A stretch of DNA of 64,000 nt from an uncultured virus (IMG/VR IMGVR_UViG_3300034656_000069) (lineage: Duplodnaviria; Heunggongvirae; Uroviricota; Caudoviricetes): the IMG/VR virus record IMGVR_UViG_3300034656_000069, one strand, 5' to 3'. The notes under the pieces were generated by a model. That model had not been told where the DNA came from and did not search any database. It was given only the letters and a program-made list of their open reading frames with translations. Of this stretch, positions 46,990-56,288 are shown in pieces (positions within the stretch are counted from its first letter, which is position 1; every line of letters starts with the position of its first letter). Position numbers and translations under genes: made by a program.

Positions 46990-47925
46990 TTATCTATCTA
47001 TTGGCGCGGTGTAGTAATTGCCGTTATTGCTCCAAAATTGGAGCCGCCCATCATCGCCGATGATGTAGTACTCGCCGTTATTTTCGCCTATTCCGTCAGA
47101 TAGCCGTGTCTGGCCATTCACGTTGCGCTCCTGGGCAGGGTTGTCCATCTCACTTCCGTCTTGAAAGCGCTGAATTAGACGTTTCTCCCCGCCAGCTTCA
47201 ATAAGAGTAATAATAGAGTTATACCCGCGATTGACGCGCCAACGGCCTAAAACATCACCCTCTAAGCCGCTAGACGTATCGTTCAGCGATTGCTCTTGAG
47301 CTTTACTAGAGCCCAGAATCTGAACATCAAGCTCGGGGTTATAATGAGCTGTAGCCCAGTAAGCGTAATCGCCTTCACCCTCTATGTAGTAGCCAATGAA
47401 GGTATTTCCAGGGCGATCCTGATAGATGTGTCGAGCCAGGGCTTCTAGTTGCTGCTTATCTATCCGATCAGGAAGAACTACCTCGACGCTTCGCTTGAGC
47501 TGCTCAGCCTCATCCTTAACAATCTGAAAACTAGATTCCGGCTGGTTGCTCTCTTCCATATCCGCCCCAAGCTCCGAAGCGGTTCCTATCACCCTGACGC
47601 TGAGGTCTGGCGTGTAGTTGGTTGTGGCCCAATAGCCGTAATCGCTATCGCCTTCTATGCGATAGCCGATAAGGGTATTGCTTGCCCCGTCCTTGCGAAG
47701 ATACTCCGCAATACTCTTTAGCTGATCTTCGCTAATGGTCTGAGCTAGGCTCACTTCAATGCGGCGCCTATGCTGGTCAGAGTCATCTTTAGTGACGGTG
47801 AACTCAACGTCAGGCCTTGGCGCGTCGTTTACCTCGTTGTCATCGCTAGAGGTTGCCACGCCCGCCACATACAGGAAAGCTATGGAGAGGGCGGCTATAG
47901 CCGCTATGGGTTTAAGCAGCGCCAT
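46990..47925 (-). CDS. Secreted/membrane-anchored cargo protein with a duplicated domain
   Basis: Hydrophobic N-terminus; two ~75-aa copies with NT.IGY.IEG..DY.YWAT..Y.P.L.V...G. Confidence 0.7.
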   Translation of the reverse strand: MALLKPIAAIAALSIAFLYVAGVATSSDDNEVNDAPRPDVEFTVTKDDSDQHRRRIEVSLAQTISEDQLKSIAEYLRKDGASNTLIGYRIEGDSDYGYWATTNYTPDLSVRVIGTASELGADMEESNQPESSFQIVKDEAEQLKRSVEVVLPDRIDKQQLEALARHIYQDRPGNTFIGYYIEGEGDYAYWATAHYNPELDVQILGSSKAQEQSLNDTSSGLEGDVLGRWRVNRGYNSIITLIEAGGEKRLIQRFQDGSEMDNPAQERNVNGQTRLSDGIGENNGEYYIIGDDGRLQFWSNNGNYYTAPIDR

Positions 47926-48161
47926 TGGTAAACTCTGGCGATTGAAATTCCTTGAGCACTGCGCTAAGTGAAGCTACCCGGCGAGCTGCTTCTTCTTCGG
48001 TTATTGGCTCAGGGTCATCAAGCCGCTGCTCGCCATTAGGCTCAGTAATTAATTTTAGTCTTGATTTATATGGCATTGCACACCTCGCTATTCAGATAAT
48101 CTTTATCGCGGGCTTTATCCAGGTCGTAGGTTGTCATGTCTAGGCTCATCCTTCCCCCTTG

Positions 48162-48500
48162 TTATTCAAGTACCTTATGTAAAGCCTCAGTCATTGAAAG
48201 CATTTTTCTAACCTGGCTGGCGGTTATTGGCTTTTCTAGCTTGTAGTCAGCATCAGTTCTGCAACGTCTCAGCGTATGCATCATATTTCCAGCTGTTTGA
48301 TGCTTTTTACTCCCTTGTAGGGCCTTTATAACCCCTTCATGGGTATTTCCATGACCATGAAGACTTTCAGCCTTGCAGCGCTCAGAGGCAACATAGAAAG
48401 CTGAATAATATGAACGGCTAACCGTTGTTCTGTAGGCGGCTTCAGAGCTGTTCTGATCATAGATTTGCTTTGACAAGTCAAGCAGGTTGCGTGGCGTCAT
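48162..48500 (-). CDS. HEPN-domain protein
   Basis: SRSYYSAF, TH, R..RTDADY. Confidence 0.75.
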   Translation of the reverse strand: MTPRNLLDLSKQIYDQNSSEAAYRTTVSRSYYSAFYVASERCKAESLHGHGNTHEGVIKALQGSKKHQTAGNMMHTLRRCRTDADYKLEKPITASQVRKMLSMTEALHKVLE

Positions 48501-49249
48501 GATTGCGGCATGTCCTCGTAAAGCTGGGGATCAACCATGAAGCGGTGTGCTAGGGCTGGCGAGTACTTCATCTTGTCGATCGAGGCGATGGCTAGCAGTA
48601 TCTCGCCAAACTCTTCAGGCTCGGCTGGTAAGTAGAAATCAACCACCGCCATATCCTCATCGTCCTCGACTGAATGCCATACCGCCAGCGGCTTATTTTT
48701 CCCAGCTAGCCATGGCTTGATCGCCTGAGCACATTCTTCCACGTATGCTTTCACATGATCTTCAGCGATAGAGTATTTTTTTAGCAGCTTAAATAGTGCG
48801 GCGCTTCCGTGAAATTCCTTTATCACGTCATCGACGCCAGAAGCATTGTTCATGATTTCCTCCGCGCACTTCGCTGAGAATGTTGAAAAAGCTAGTTGAA
48901 GCGCAATGCGTGCGTCGCCCATGGCTATCAATGTTTTGATTGGGATGCCTGACAGAGCCCTGGAGGCATCCAAAAACTGATTCGTGGCATTGTATGCGCA
49001 AGCGGCATCGATATGGTCTTTGTAAGTCTTGAGTGGCAGGGGGATTAACCGAGCCTGCGCCTCGGCTTCATCCTGCTCTCCAATGGCTGCGTAGAGCATG
49101 GTAAAACATACCTGCTTCTCGACCGCGCTAGGTATTTTGGAGATTTCTTCAAAAGCACGCTTGAACACGAACTCTGGATAATCACCATCCGAGTAAATGA
49201 TTTTATTCAACAGCCTACTTGCTGCATCACTATTCGTGATTGGCTTCAT
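48497..49249 (-). CDS. Helical (TPR-like) partner of the HEPN protein
   Basis: ATGA overlap with the HEPN gene; Ala-rich helical N-terminal half. Confidence 0.6.
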   Translation of the reverse strand: MKPITNSDAASRLLNKIIYSDGDYPEFVFKRAFEEISKIPSAVEKQVCFTMLYAAIGEQDEAEAQARLIPLPLKTYKDHIDAACAYNATNQFLDASRALSGIPIKTLIAMGDARIALQLAFSTFSAKCAEEIMNNASGVDDVIKEFHGSAALFKLLKKYSIAEDHVKAYVEECAQAIKPWLAGKNKPLAVWHSVEDDEDMAVVDFYLPAEPEEFGEILLAIASIDKMKYSPALAHRFMVDPQLYEDMPQS

Positions 49250-49432
49250 TCCGCTCCCCAGCGTTAGATCTTATCCGGCCAGGATAGCGCAGCGGGAGGC
49301 CGAGGGGTAGGGGATTAGGCGTAGGCAGGGTCGTACTTCTTGCGAAGCTTCTCGCAATTACTGGCATGCTCAAGATAAATGATATGACTGAGCCAGGCCA
49401 TGAGCAACACTGAGATATTCGTCTAAAGAAAT

Positions 49433-49954
49433 TCAGTGCGTAGTAGGGTTAGGTGGAGCCTGGCCGAAAAAGTCTCGCTGCGACTCCGAAGGAAGCAGAG
49501 GCAGATCAGTCAAAGTAGATACTTCTATGTCAAATAATGGAGCTATCTTTTGTATGTCGGTATCATGGGTATATATACAAGAAGCACCATGCACTTTCGC
49601 AATCGCAGCTATCTGAAAGTCTATCTTCACTTTCTGCCAAGGTTCGGTAGATCCGGATTTTTTATTCCCCGCCTGCATGGCTTTTTTGGCAGCTAAGGCG
49701 GCTTCAACTGAGGAAGCCATATCGAATGGCTGAATAATGAAATTCTTGGATCCTGAGAACAGCTTGCACACAGTCACCATTTCCTCATGGCTTAATCGCG
49801 TAAGCACCTCTGATAAGGCTGGTGTTGGGATAAGAAATCTCGATTCTGAAAGTTCATGAAGAAGTCTCGATACATGGATATTTAACTGGCTGGCCTCGGC
49901 ACCACCTGAACCAAGGATGAAGCGAATTATAAAATTTGTATCGAGGGCGATCAT
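49433..49954 (-). CDS. PIN-domain (VapC-like) protein
   Basis: IALDTN, PTPALSE, KIDFQIAAIA, IYTHDTD acidic residues. Confidence 0.85.
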   Translation of the reverse strand: MIALDTNFIIRFILGSGGAEASQLNIHVSRLLHELSESRFLIPTPALSEVLTRLSHEEMVTVCKLFSGSKNFIIQPFDMASSVEAALAAKKAMQAGNKKSGSTEPWQKVKIDFQIAAIAKVHGASCIYTHDTDIQKIAPLFDIEVSTLTDLPLLPSESQRDFFGQAPPNPTTH

Positions 49955-50671
49955 CTATTCACCTTGCCTTATTCTGTCAACGATCTCTTCTACATAATCA
50001 GTCTGAGACCACTCGCCCATCGAGCTCCTCAACTCTCCCAGAGTTTTATCAATGGCGTTATCCGATAGCAGCTCATAGCTTTTAACATGAAGATAGTCTT
50101 CAATGCACCACTTTCCCTCATCGTCCCTATGCCAAGAGGCTGTTCCAGAGAACACGAATTCTTCGTACAGATACTTGCTCACCACCTTGGCCATATTTCT
50201 AGGCATGCGGCATTTGATAGTCCTACCACTGCCTATCGATAGGTGGGCAATACTAAGCTCGGATTCACCACCAATCCATACAAGCGTTCCTTGCATACTG
50301 GAGGTCTGCTGGATCGTGAGTGGCGTTTCCTCGGGTTTTTTGATACCCGGAAACTCCGCTTGAAGAACTCCGTGCTGATCAAACAGCGTAGCCCAGTGAC
50401 CATGCTTTCTGAGGAGACGGTCAAACCTATCGAATGCTGCACGATGATCAATTTTATAGCGCGAAATATTTGCGCTAACTGCTTGGTTGTACTGGGGTGT
50501 GATAGATGCATCCAGAGCGATGCAGTTATCGCGTATATTGGAAAGGTGTACATGCTCTTTGCAGCCAAGCATTTTCGCATACTCTGAAATATACTCAGCC
50601 ACCCACTGCATTGGAGCTTCAGAGGGACTAGTATTTTCAATTTTTAGCGTATAAATGATCGGCTTAGCCAT
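49955..50671 (-). CDS. Partner of the PIN protein, possible OB-fold C-terminal domain
   Basis: ATG 50671 after GAGGT; stop abuts the PIN start; beta-rich C-terminus. Confidence 0.6.
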   Translation of the reverse strand: MAKPIIYTLKIENTSPSEAPMQWVAEYISEYAKMLGCKEHVHLSNIRDNCIALDASITPQYNQAVSANISRYKIDHRAAFDRFDRLLRKHGHWATLFDQHGVLQAEFPGIKKPEETPLTIQQTSSMQGTLVWIGGESELSIAHLSIGSGRTIKCRMPRNMAKVVSKYLYEEFVFSGTASWHRDDEGKWCIEDYLHVKSYELLSDNAIDKTLGELRSSMGEWSQTDYVEEIVDRIRQGE

Positions 50672-50878
50672 AATTACCTCGGCGCATAACGCGCTCCCAA
50701 GAGCCGTTTCCAGCATCAGAAGATGCGAAACGCTACTGTATATACGATACCATAATTTACGCCATGCGCCGTCGCAAGCGTGCGAATCAAGACAGCTTTC
50801 CAACGCTCAGCCCCGAAGCGGGATAAAATGCAGAATGGTGCCAAAATGCGCTTGAAAAGCACTCATATTGCACAAGGT

Positions 50879-51421
50879 TCATGCGTTGGGCCTTTGTTGG
50901 ATGTGAGGGAGAGACATCTGAAGCTCTTGGAATCGATGCTCCACCTCTTGCGCAATCAGCGGTTTTACATGCTTGTGACGATTAAGCTCTCGGCCTGCGC
51001 GGCTGCCGCGTTCATCTTGATCCTTGAGCGCCTCGATAGCCTCTTGCAGCCGCTCTAATGGAGAGGCGAAGTACCCGTCTTCTAGCGCTTCGAACACGTC
51101 CCAGGCTTGATTAGTCTCAAGCATCTTGGCATGGCGGGCAGCTCCCCGCTGCGTCCAGAGAATTACAGAGCGCGCATTTGAGCCTATTCCAACAGAGTCT
51201 CTTAAAGACACTCTGTTCTTTAGCTCCTTCAGATCCTCGCCTTCAATGCGGTAGAAGTGCTTTCCCTCTATGAATCGCCCTTTGTTTCTGCTGTGATTTT
51301 TGCGAACTTGAGCCTCGCTTGCTCCATAAAGCCGAGCCAGCATGTTAGTAGTCACTACCGGCTTTCCTTGGTACTTGAATGCCGGAACACTTTCAGGGGT
51401 TAGAGTTACAACATTAGTCAT
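50879..51421 (-). CDS. ORF6N-domain antirepressor-like protein
   Basis: VVTT..LA.LYG, RF.EGKHFY, LWT.RGAARHAKMLET.QAW.VFE.LED.YF. Confidence 0.88.
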   Translation of the reverse strand: MTNVVTLTPESVPAFKYQGKPVVTTNMLARLYGASEAQVRKNHSRNKGRFIEGKHFYRIEGEDLKELKNRVSLRDSVGIGSNARSVILWTQRGAARHAKMLETNQAWDVFEALEDGYFASPLERLQEAIEALKDQDERGSRAGRELNRHKHVKPLIAQEVEHRFQELQMSLPHIQQRPNA

Positions 51422-51553
51422 GATGCTTTCCTCATTAGAAATGAGCCTCGTTGCCCAGAACTACAGCCCCAGAGCTAGCCGTAGCCCTCCGAAGCTCATT
51501 TCTGTTGAGGCCCTGGTGATCGCGCCGGGCATGGCGCATACGAAAAAGCCGCC

Positions 51554-51898
51554 TCAGTGGGCGGCTTGGTGTTGCTGATTTATTTCTCGAAAGGCGTCGT
51601 CCATCGCAACCACAACCGAAATAGCTTCATCAGGCTCGCATGGCCACTGCAGGCGCTCAGCCAGGTCAAGCACAGTCACCGGATTGATAGGCATGATTCC
51701 GCTCATCCCAGGCTGGCGGGTTCGGTGCAGGATTGAAAAGGCGCTCATCCAGAAACTGGTTCTTTCATCAAGCTCCGGAGCGTCATAATCGACGCCCAAG
51801 AACTCGCAGTCGGCGCGATACTCCTCCTGAGCCTCTAGGAGGCTTTGGCCTTCGCGCTGGAACTGGCTTTGCCAGCGGAGGAAGCCCGAGGCTTTTTT
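51554..51898 (-). CDS. Tail assembly chaperone frameshift extension (element 2)
   Basis: -1 frame from A AAA AAG (51898-51892) is open: ASGFLRWQSQFQREGQSLLEAQEEYRADCEFLGVDYD... Confidence 0.7.
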   Translation of the reverse strand, partial: KKASGFLRWQSQFQREGQSLLEAQEEYRADCEFLGVDYDAPELDERTSFWMSAFSILHRTRQPGMSGIMPINPVTVLDLAERLQWPCEPDEAISVVVAMDDAFREINQQHQAAH

Positions 51899-52290
51899 GC
51901 CTGCTCTTCGGCTTCGAGGCGGTCGAAGCGCTCTAGGTCTACGGCCTTTTGCGCGATGTACGGCACAACGTCAGGGCGGTTTTGCAGCAGGTCGGCCACG
52001 GCTTCAATGGAGTAGGGCACCTGCACTTCTTCGCCGTCTTCATTCAGAGCGGTGACGTTGCGCCAATCACGGATCAGGCCTTCGGCCACTAGCTGCGCCT
52101 CTTTGCGGTCTTCCTGTTCGGCGGTCAGCTCGTCACCAAAGTCTTTGCGGTAACGCTTATCTAACTTGCGCTTAACGTCGCGGTATACCGGGTTGTGCAT
52201 ACGGGCAATCTTGAACTCGCCGCCCATGATTTCGCACCATTCGCCATCGGTGAATTTTGAGGCGTCGAACTTATCGATACGGAATGACAT
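51835..52290 (-). CDS. Tail assembly chaperone (element 2)
   Basis: DGEW, FKIAR..NP.Y, LIRDW, VPYS; follows the tail tube. Confidence 0.75.
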   Translation of the reverse strand: MSFRIDKFDASKFTDGEWCEIMGGEFKIARMHNPVYRDVKRKLDKRYRKDFGDELTAEQEDRKEAQLVAEGLIRDWRNVTALNEDGEEVQVPYSIEAVADLLQNRPDVVPYIAQKAVDLERFDRLEAEEQAKKPRASSAGKASSSAKAKAS

Positions 52291-52376
52291 AGCAATTTCC
52301 TCTCAGTCTGTGGTGTCTGTTGGAAGAAAAGAGGCCCCGCCACGCGACAGACGGGCACGCTTAGGGGCCAAACGGG

Positions 52377-53279
52377 TTAGGGGGCGACCGGCACGGTGCG
52401 GGTGATGGTAATCATCTGGCCATCGCTGGCTACGGCCGCCGTGCCTTCCACGCTCATGTCGAGAATGGCGTCGAGCGCGCCAGAAGGCGGCTCGGTGGAT
52501 AGGTCAACGTGCCCAAGCGCGAAGTCATAGGTGTAGCCATCAGCACCCATGGTGAAGGCCAGCTCAACCGGCACGTTGGCGATAGAGTTGCGCCACAGGT
52601 TCAGGGAGGACGACGCCATGCGGATGGTGCTGGTGGTGGTGATGTCGCACGAGCCCTTGAAATGATTCTGGAACTGCGATCCAACGCACTGATCTGTCTG
52701 GTGGTTGTTGTTGATCGTCAGGCCCAGCGCCTTGAAGCACGTATTGGTCAGTGCTGCTCCATCCACCGTAATGCCATTCAGGTTGCTAGACGCATCGAAA
52801 ATGATGCTGGTCGTGGCATCGGTGAATGTGGCACCAGTCACGTCGTAATCATCATCCACGGCGCGGCCCATGAATGTGATTTGGCCGGTGATCTTCTGAC
52901 CAGATTCGGCGGTGAGCGAAAGCTGACTGACCTCCATGTCGCTGAACATGATGTGCTCATCGTCAGCCAGGTAGCTTTTCAAAATGTCGAACCGCTTGGT
53001 TGTGGTACCAACGGTCAGGACATCTGCTGTCCAGTCGGTGCAGAGCGCAGCGGCCAAGAAGTCATCAAACGAACCGGCGGACATTTCAAAGTCCACGGTG
53101 CCGCCCGCGGTAATGGTCGTGACTTTTTGGCCTGAGCGCTGTCGATCGGACCGAACTTCATCTGAGCGCTGTACCTCGGTACCCGCTGTTAGCGCGTCAT
53201 TGGTTCGACGGATGATCTTCCAGGGGTCTGTGCTGCCAGCTACGCGATACGCGATTCTGACGCGATTGCTTTCAGACAT
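52377..53279 (-). CDS. Tail tube protein (element 2)
   Basis: SDEVRSDRQ, GG.V.FE.S...FDDFL.AAL. Confidence 0.85.
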   Translation of the reverse strand: MSESNRVRIAYRVAGSTDPWKIIRRTNDALTAGTEVQRSDEVRSDRQRSGQKVTTITAGGTVDFEMSAGSFDDFLAAALCTDWTADVLTVGTTTKRFDILKSYLADDEHIMFSDMEVSQLSLTAESGQKITGQITFMGRAVDDDYDVTGATFTDATTSIIFDASSNLNGITVDGAALTNTCFKALGLTINNNHQTDQCVGSQFQNHFKGSCDITTTSTIRMASSSLNLWRNSIANVPVELAFTMGADGYTYDFALGHVDLSTEPPSGALDAILDMSVEGTAAVASDGQMITITRTVPVAP

Positions 53280-53351
53280 TGGGTTTTACCTCGTGGTGGA
53301 GTTACAAAAAAACCGCCACGAAGGCGGTTGGGGTGCTGCGGGGTTTTGTGG

Positions 53352-53756
53352 CTAGCCCATTCGGAACGGGAGGGTTGCGTTGTACTGATACCAGCCATCG
53401 GAGTCGCCTATGCGCTGAACGCTGGCTGCCTGCGTTTCAAGCTGGCCGTCCTGGTAGTACTCAAAGTGCGCGGCCAACGAATCGGCTAGGAGCGCGGCAG
53501 GGCGGGAACCCTTGAGCCGGTCGGTAAATACTTGAAATTGGACTAGCCCGGTGCGCCGAACGCACGGACCGCTGCCGATGCCAGCCGTAAAGCTATCACC
53601 ATGCTGAATCGTACAGCGCACCCATGGCTCTTTGGCCTCGATGGCTGCTTTCAGCGCTGGCGACTGGGGCGCACCGTCATACTCCACCGGCACGCCGTCC
53701 CAGCTCGCCAGTCGCCGCTCGATGGCTAGGCGGATGGATTCAAACGTTGGGTTCAT
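53352..53756 (-). CDS. Tail terminator-like protein
   Basis: WVR.TI, RRTGLVQFQVF, GWYQ.N...PF. Confidence 0.75.
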   Translation of the reverse strand: MNPTFESIRLAIERRLASWDGVPVEYDGAPQSPALKAAIEAKEPWVRCTIQHGDSFTAGIGSGPCVRRTGLVQFQVFTDRLKGSRPAALLADSLAAHFEYYQDGQLETQAASVQRIGDSDGWYQYNATLPFRMG

Positions 53757-54136
53757 CGTCCGTAGCGCTCCCGCGTGTTGTTGTAGGCGATGGAGTAAAC
53801 GCCATACGGCGCTTGCCCAGACCAGCCTTCCTCGATGCGCTCGCCATACGGAATGTTCGTCTGAATGGTGACCAGCTTGAACGGCGACGGGTTGGCCGCC
53901 AGGATCCGCTCGGCTTCGCGCATTGATTCGTCTGGCCCGTAATGGGGCACTTTTTCATGGTCGACGTCATCGATCGTCAGAAAGTGCGAGCCGCGGTAAG
54001 CGCCTTCATCAACGGGTGAGTGAATGATCAACTGCTGCAGGGCGTAGAGCACCATGTCAGCGCCTTGTTTGCTGAGCTGGCCTTCTACCTCCTGAATAAA
54101 GCCGCCCAGCGGCATGGACCAGCCACCTCTAGCCAT
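53753..54136 (-). CDS. Neck protein, HK97 gp10-like
   Basis: SPVDEG.YR.SH, N.PY..RIE.GWS.QAP.GV. Confidence 0.8.
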   Translation of the reverse strand: MARGGWSMPLGGFIQEVEGQLSKQGADMVLYALQQLIIHSPVDEGAYRGSHFLTIDDVDHEKVPHYGPDESMREAERILAANPSPFKLVTIQTNIPYGERIEEGWSGQAPYGVYSIAYNNTRERYGR

Positions 54137-54531
54137 TACGTCCTCCGAGCCTGAATGATCCAGGCGGCATCTGCCGGGTCTTTGCGAACGTCAACGACAG
54201 TCAGGCCGTTGACGACGTCATCGATCTGCGGCGCGTCCGGCGTATTCGTAACTTCGCCGTTCTCGACCCGCCAGATTTCGTTCTGCAGGGCCGTGATTTT
54301 GGTATCGGTGGCCAGTATGCGGCTGCCATCGATCTCGAATTGCCGGAATCCGCCGAAAACGCCGCGACCCTGGTAGCCGATGGTGGTTTGGGGCGTGGTG
54401 CCGGTCTCCGGGTCATAGCCACCGGTGACCACCTCCCGAGTGCAGATGAACGCGGTCACGGCGTCGGCTAAGCCATCCCCGTCATCGAACGCCTCGGCAA
54501 TGTCGGCCTGTAGGTCGTCACGTAGGCTCAT
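54136..54531 (-). CDS. Head closure protein
   Basis: YDP.TG, IDG..I...D, DPA.A.W..Q.R. Confidence 0.7.
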   Translation of the reverse strand: MSLRDDLQADIAEAFDDGDGLADAVTAFICTREVVTGGYDPETGTTPQTTIGYQGRGVFGGFRQFEIDGSRILATDTKITALQNEIWRVENGEVTNTPDAPQIDDVVNGLTVVDVRKDPADAAWIIQARRT

Positions 54532-54533
54532 GG

Positions 54534-54905
54534 TCACAGCCTCTTAAGCATGCGCACGGATGCGCCGAATGGATTCAGCCACGGCTTAAGCAAGTCGGTC
54601 ACGTAGGCCATATCGCCAAGAACAGCGCGGGAGCCATCGGCGTACTCGGTTTCGGATTCGACGCTATCGGCTTTCACCCGTTTGCGCTTCACGTCGCCCC
54701 GGGTATCTGCATAAAGCGTCCCGCCCGCCGCCATCTTGGCCAGATAAGCACCGGCGCGAGTAATGCGGTCGTCGTCGACGTCGACCGGAACGCCTTTCGC
54801 CGTGAGCCAGTCGTTGGCCTGCTGAACGGCCAGCGGCTTAGCGGCGGGGTCGGCCCACTCACTGCCGAGCAGCGAATCGACCTGTTCGACAGTGATATAG
54901 GCCAT
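54534..54905 (-). CDS. Head-tail adaptor protein
   Basis: Y.TV..VD..LG..W, VKRKRVKADSVESETEY, LLKPW. Confidence 0.7.
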   Translation of the reverse strand: MAYITVEQVDSLLGSEWADPAAKPLAVQQANDWLTAKGVPVDVDDDRITRAGAYLAKMAAGGTLYADTRGDVKRKRVKADSVESETEYADGSRAVLGDMAYVTDLLKPWLNPFGASVRMLKRL

Positions 54906-54908
54906 GAC

Positions 54909-55130
54909 TTACTCCGGGTCTTTGGTCAGCTCGGCGTACTGCTTTTCGAGCGTTTCGTCTTTGGTGTTGGCACCGGGGCGCTTGCCGGTAGCCGCTTCGA
55001 TGGCGTCCATCAGCTCTTGGCGGCGAGCACTCTCACTGCCCGAGGGATCAGACTCTTGAGCGCCAACATTCTTTTGTCGCAGCGAAGCAAAATAAAGCCG
55101 GTTGGCATCAGCCAAAGATGCTTGATTCAT
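54909..55130 (-). CDS. Small protein after the capsid gene
   Basis: GGAGG RBS; short helical C-terminus. Confidence 0.55.
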   Translation of the reverse strand: MNQASLADANRLYFASLRQKNVGAQESDPSGSESARRQELMDAIEAATGKRPGANTKDETLEKQYAELTKDPE

Positions 55131-55190
55131 GTAAGCCTCCTAAAAGTTAAGGCGACCTATTGGCCGCCTTTACCTCTTAATATCAGTGGA

Positions 55191-56198
55191 TTATCCGTTG
55201 ACCTGCAAGAACGCGATTGGCACAGACTTACGCTCGTAAACACGGTTCCAATTACCAGCAGTGGCCAGCTCGGAAAGCGTAGGGCTCTCACCAGCCACAG
55301 AAGAGCCGGTAAATGCAAAGCCGACCGGATGAATGATGTCTTGGCGGCGGCTATAGATGATCTCTTGGCCGCCACCATTACCAGTCTCAGGCTTACGATC
55401 AATCTCTGAGGCTTGATCAGGCTCAGCGTAACCCCATAGCATCGCGCCAGCGCCGAACAGCGCAGCTGTGTAGGTAATGCGGTTAGTGCCAGCTACGGCA
55501 GGCATTCCGTCATCAACAATGACGTTGTAGCCCAGGTAGGTCGGGTATAGCAGACCCGTCTCAGGGTCACGCTCGTACTGGATTAGGTTTTGAGACTGAA
55601 GCGAGGTGTACAGCACAGAATGCAGCGCAATGCCGGTCAGCTCGCCAGCCGCATCGCCCATGGTCTGCTTGGCTGCAAGAACAGCCTCGCCGCTGATCTT
55701 CTCGTCGGCAGTAGGCGCACCTGCGGCGTCGGTCGCCACGCTATACACCATGTCTTCGCCGTCATTGGCAACGTTATCGGCCAGTACGCCCATCAGTGAT
55801 TGAATGGTCCGCTTCTGAATCTGCGTTGCCCAGTAGACGCCGATTTTCTGCGTAATACCGTCCAGCGGGTCTTTTAGGGCCAGCTCACGCGCCAGATCCA
55901 TGGCAGACCATGACTGGTTCATGAAAGCTTTGCGCCCCATCTGCAGGCCGCCTGACATTTTCTGAGGGGTCGAGCTGGCAGTAGGGTCGTCGCTCGAGTA
56001 GTTGGGCTCAACATCAGCCAAAGGCTTGTAGAACGGCAGCTCGATAGCTCGGCCCGGTCCTGCGGCAAAACCATCAAGCTGACCATCGCGCTGCATAACG
56101 CCAGATTGATAGAAGCGGTTTGCAATGGTTGACGCTTCATCAACACCTTGGTTGAAGATCGTCGGTTCGTAAATATCGCTAATGCGAGTAGCGGCCAT
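55191..56198 (-). CDS. Major capsid protein (element 2)
   Basis: TRISD...P, WSAMDLA.EL, HPVGF, LAT.GNW.RV..RK; follows the scaffold gene. Confidence 0.85.
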   Translation of the reverse strand: MAATRISDIYEPTIFNQGVDEASTIANRFYQSGVMQRDGQLDGFAAGPGRAIELPFYKPLADVEPNYSSDDPTASSTPQKMSGGLQMGRKAFMNQSWSAMDLARELALKDPLDGITQKIGVYWATQIQKRTIQSLMGVLADNVANDGEDMVYSVATDAAGAPTADEKISGEAVLAAKQTMGDAAGELTGIALHSVLYTSLQSQNLIQYERDPETGLLYPTYLGYNVIVDDGMPAVAGTNRITYTAALFGAGAMLWGYAEPDQASEIDRKPETGNGGGQEIIYSRRQDIIHPVGFAFTGSSVAGESPTLSELATAGNWNRVYERKSVPIAFLQVNG

Positions 56199-56288
56199 GA
56201 GTAAATCCTCGTAGGTCGATGGCTAAGGGTTTTGGGATCGGCGCAGCCGTGATTTGGGACGGCGGCGCAGCCACCGACCCCGGTTTGG

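Noticed and set aside
47912..48149. Two very short minus-strand ORFs between the HEPN gene and the exported protein gene
   Set aside because: RBS-like sequences are present but no recognisable motif; not supportable without homologues
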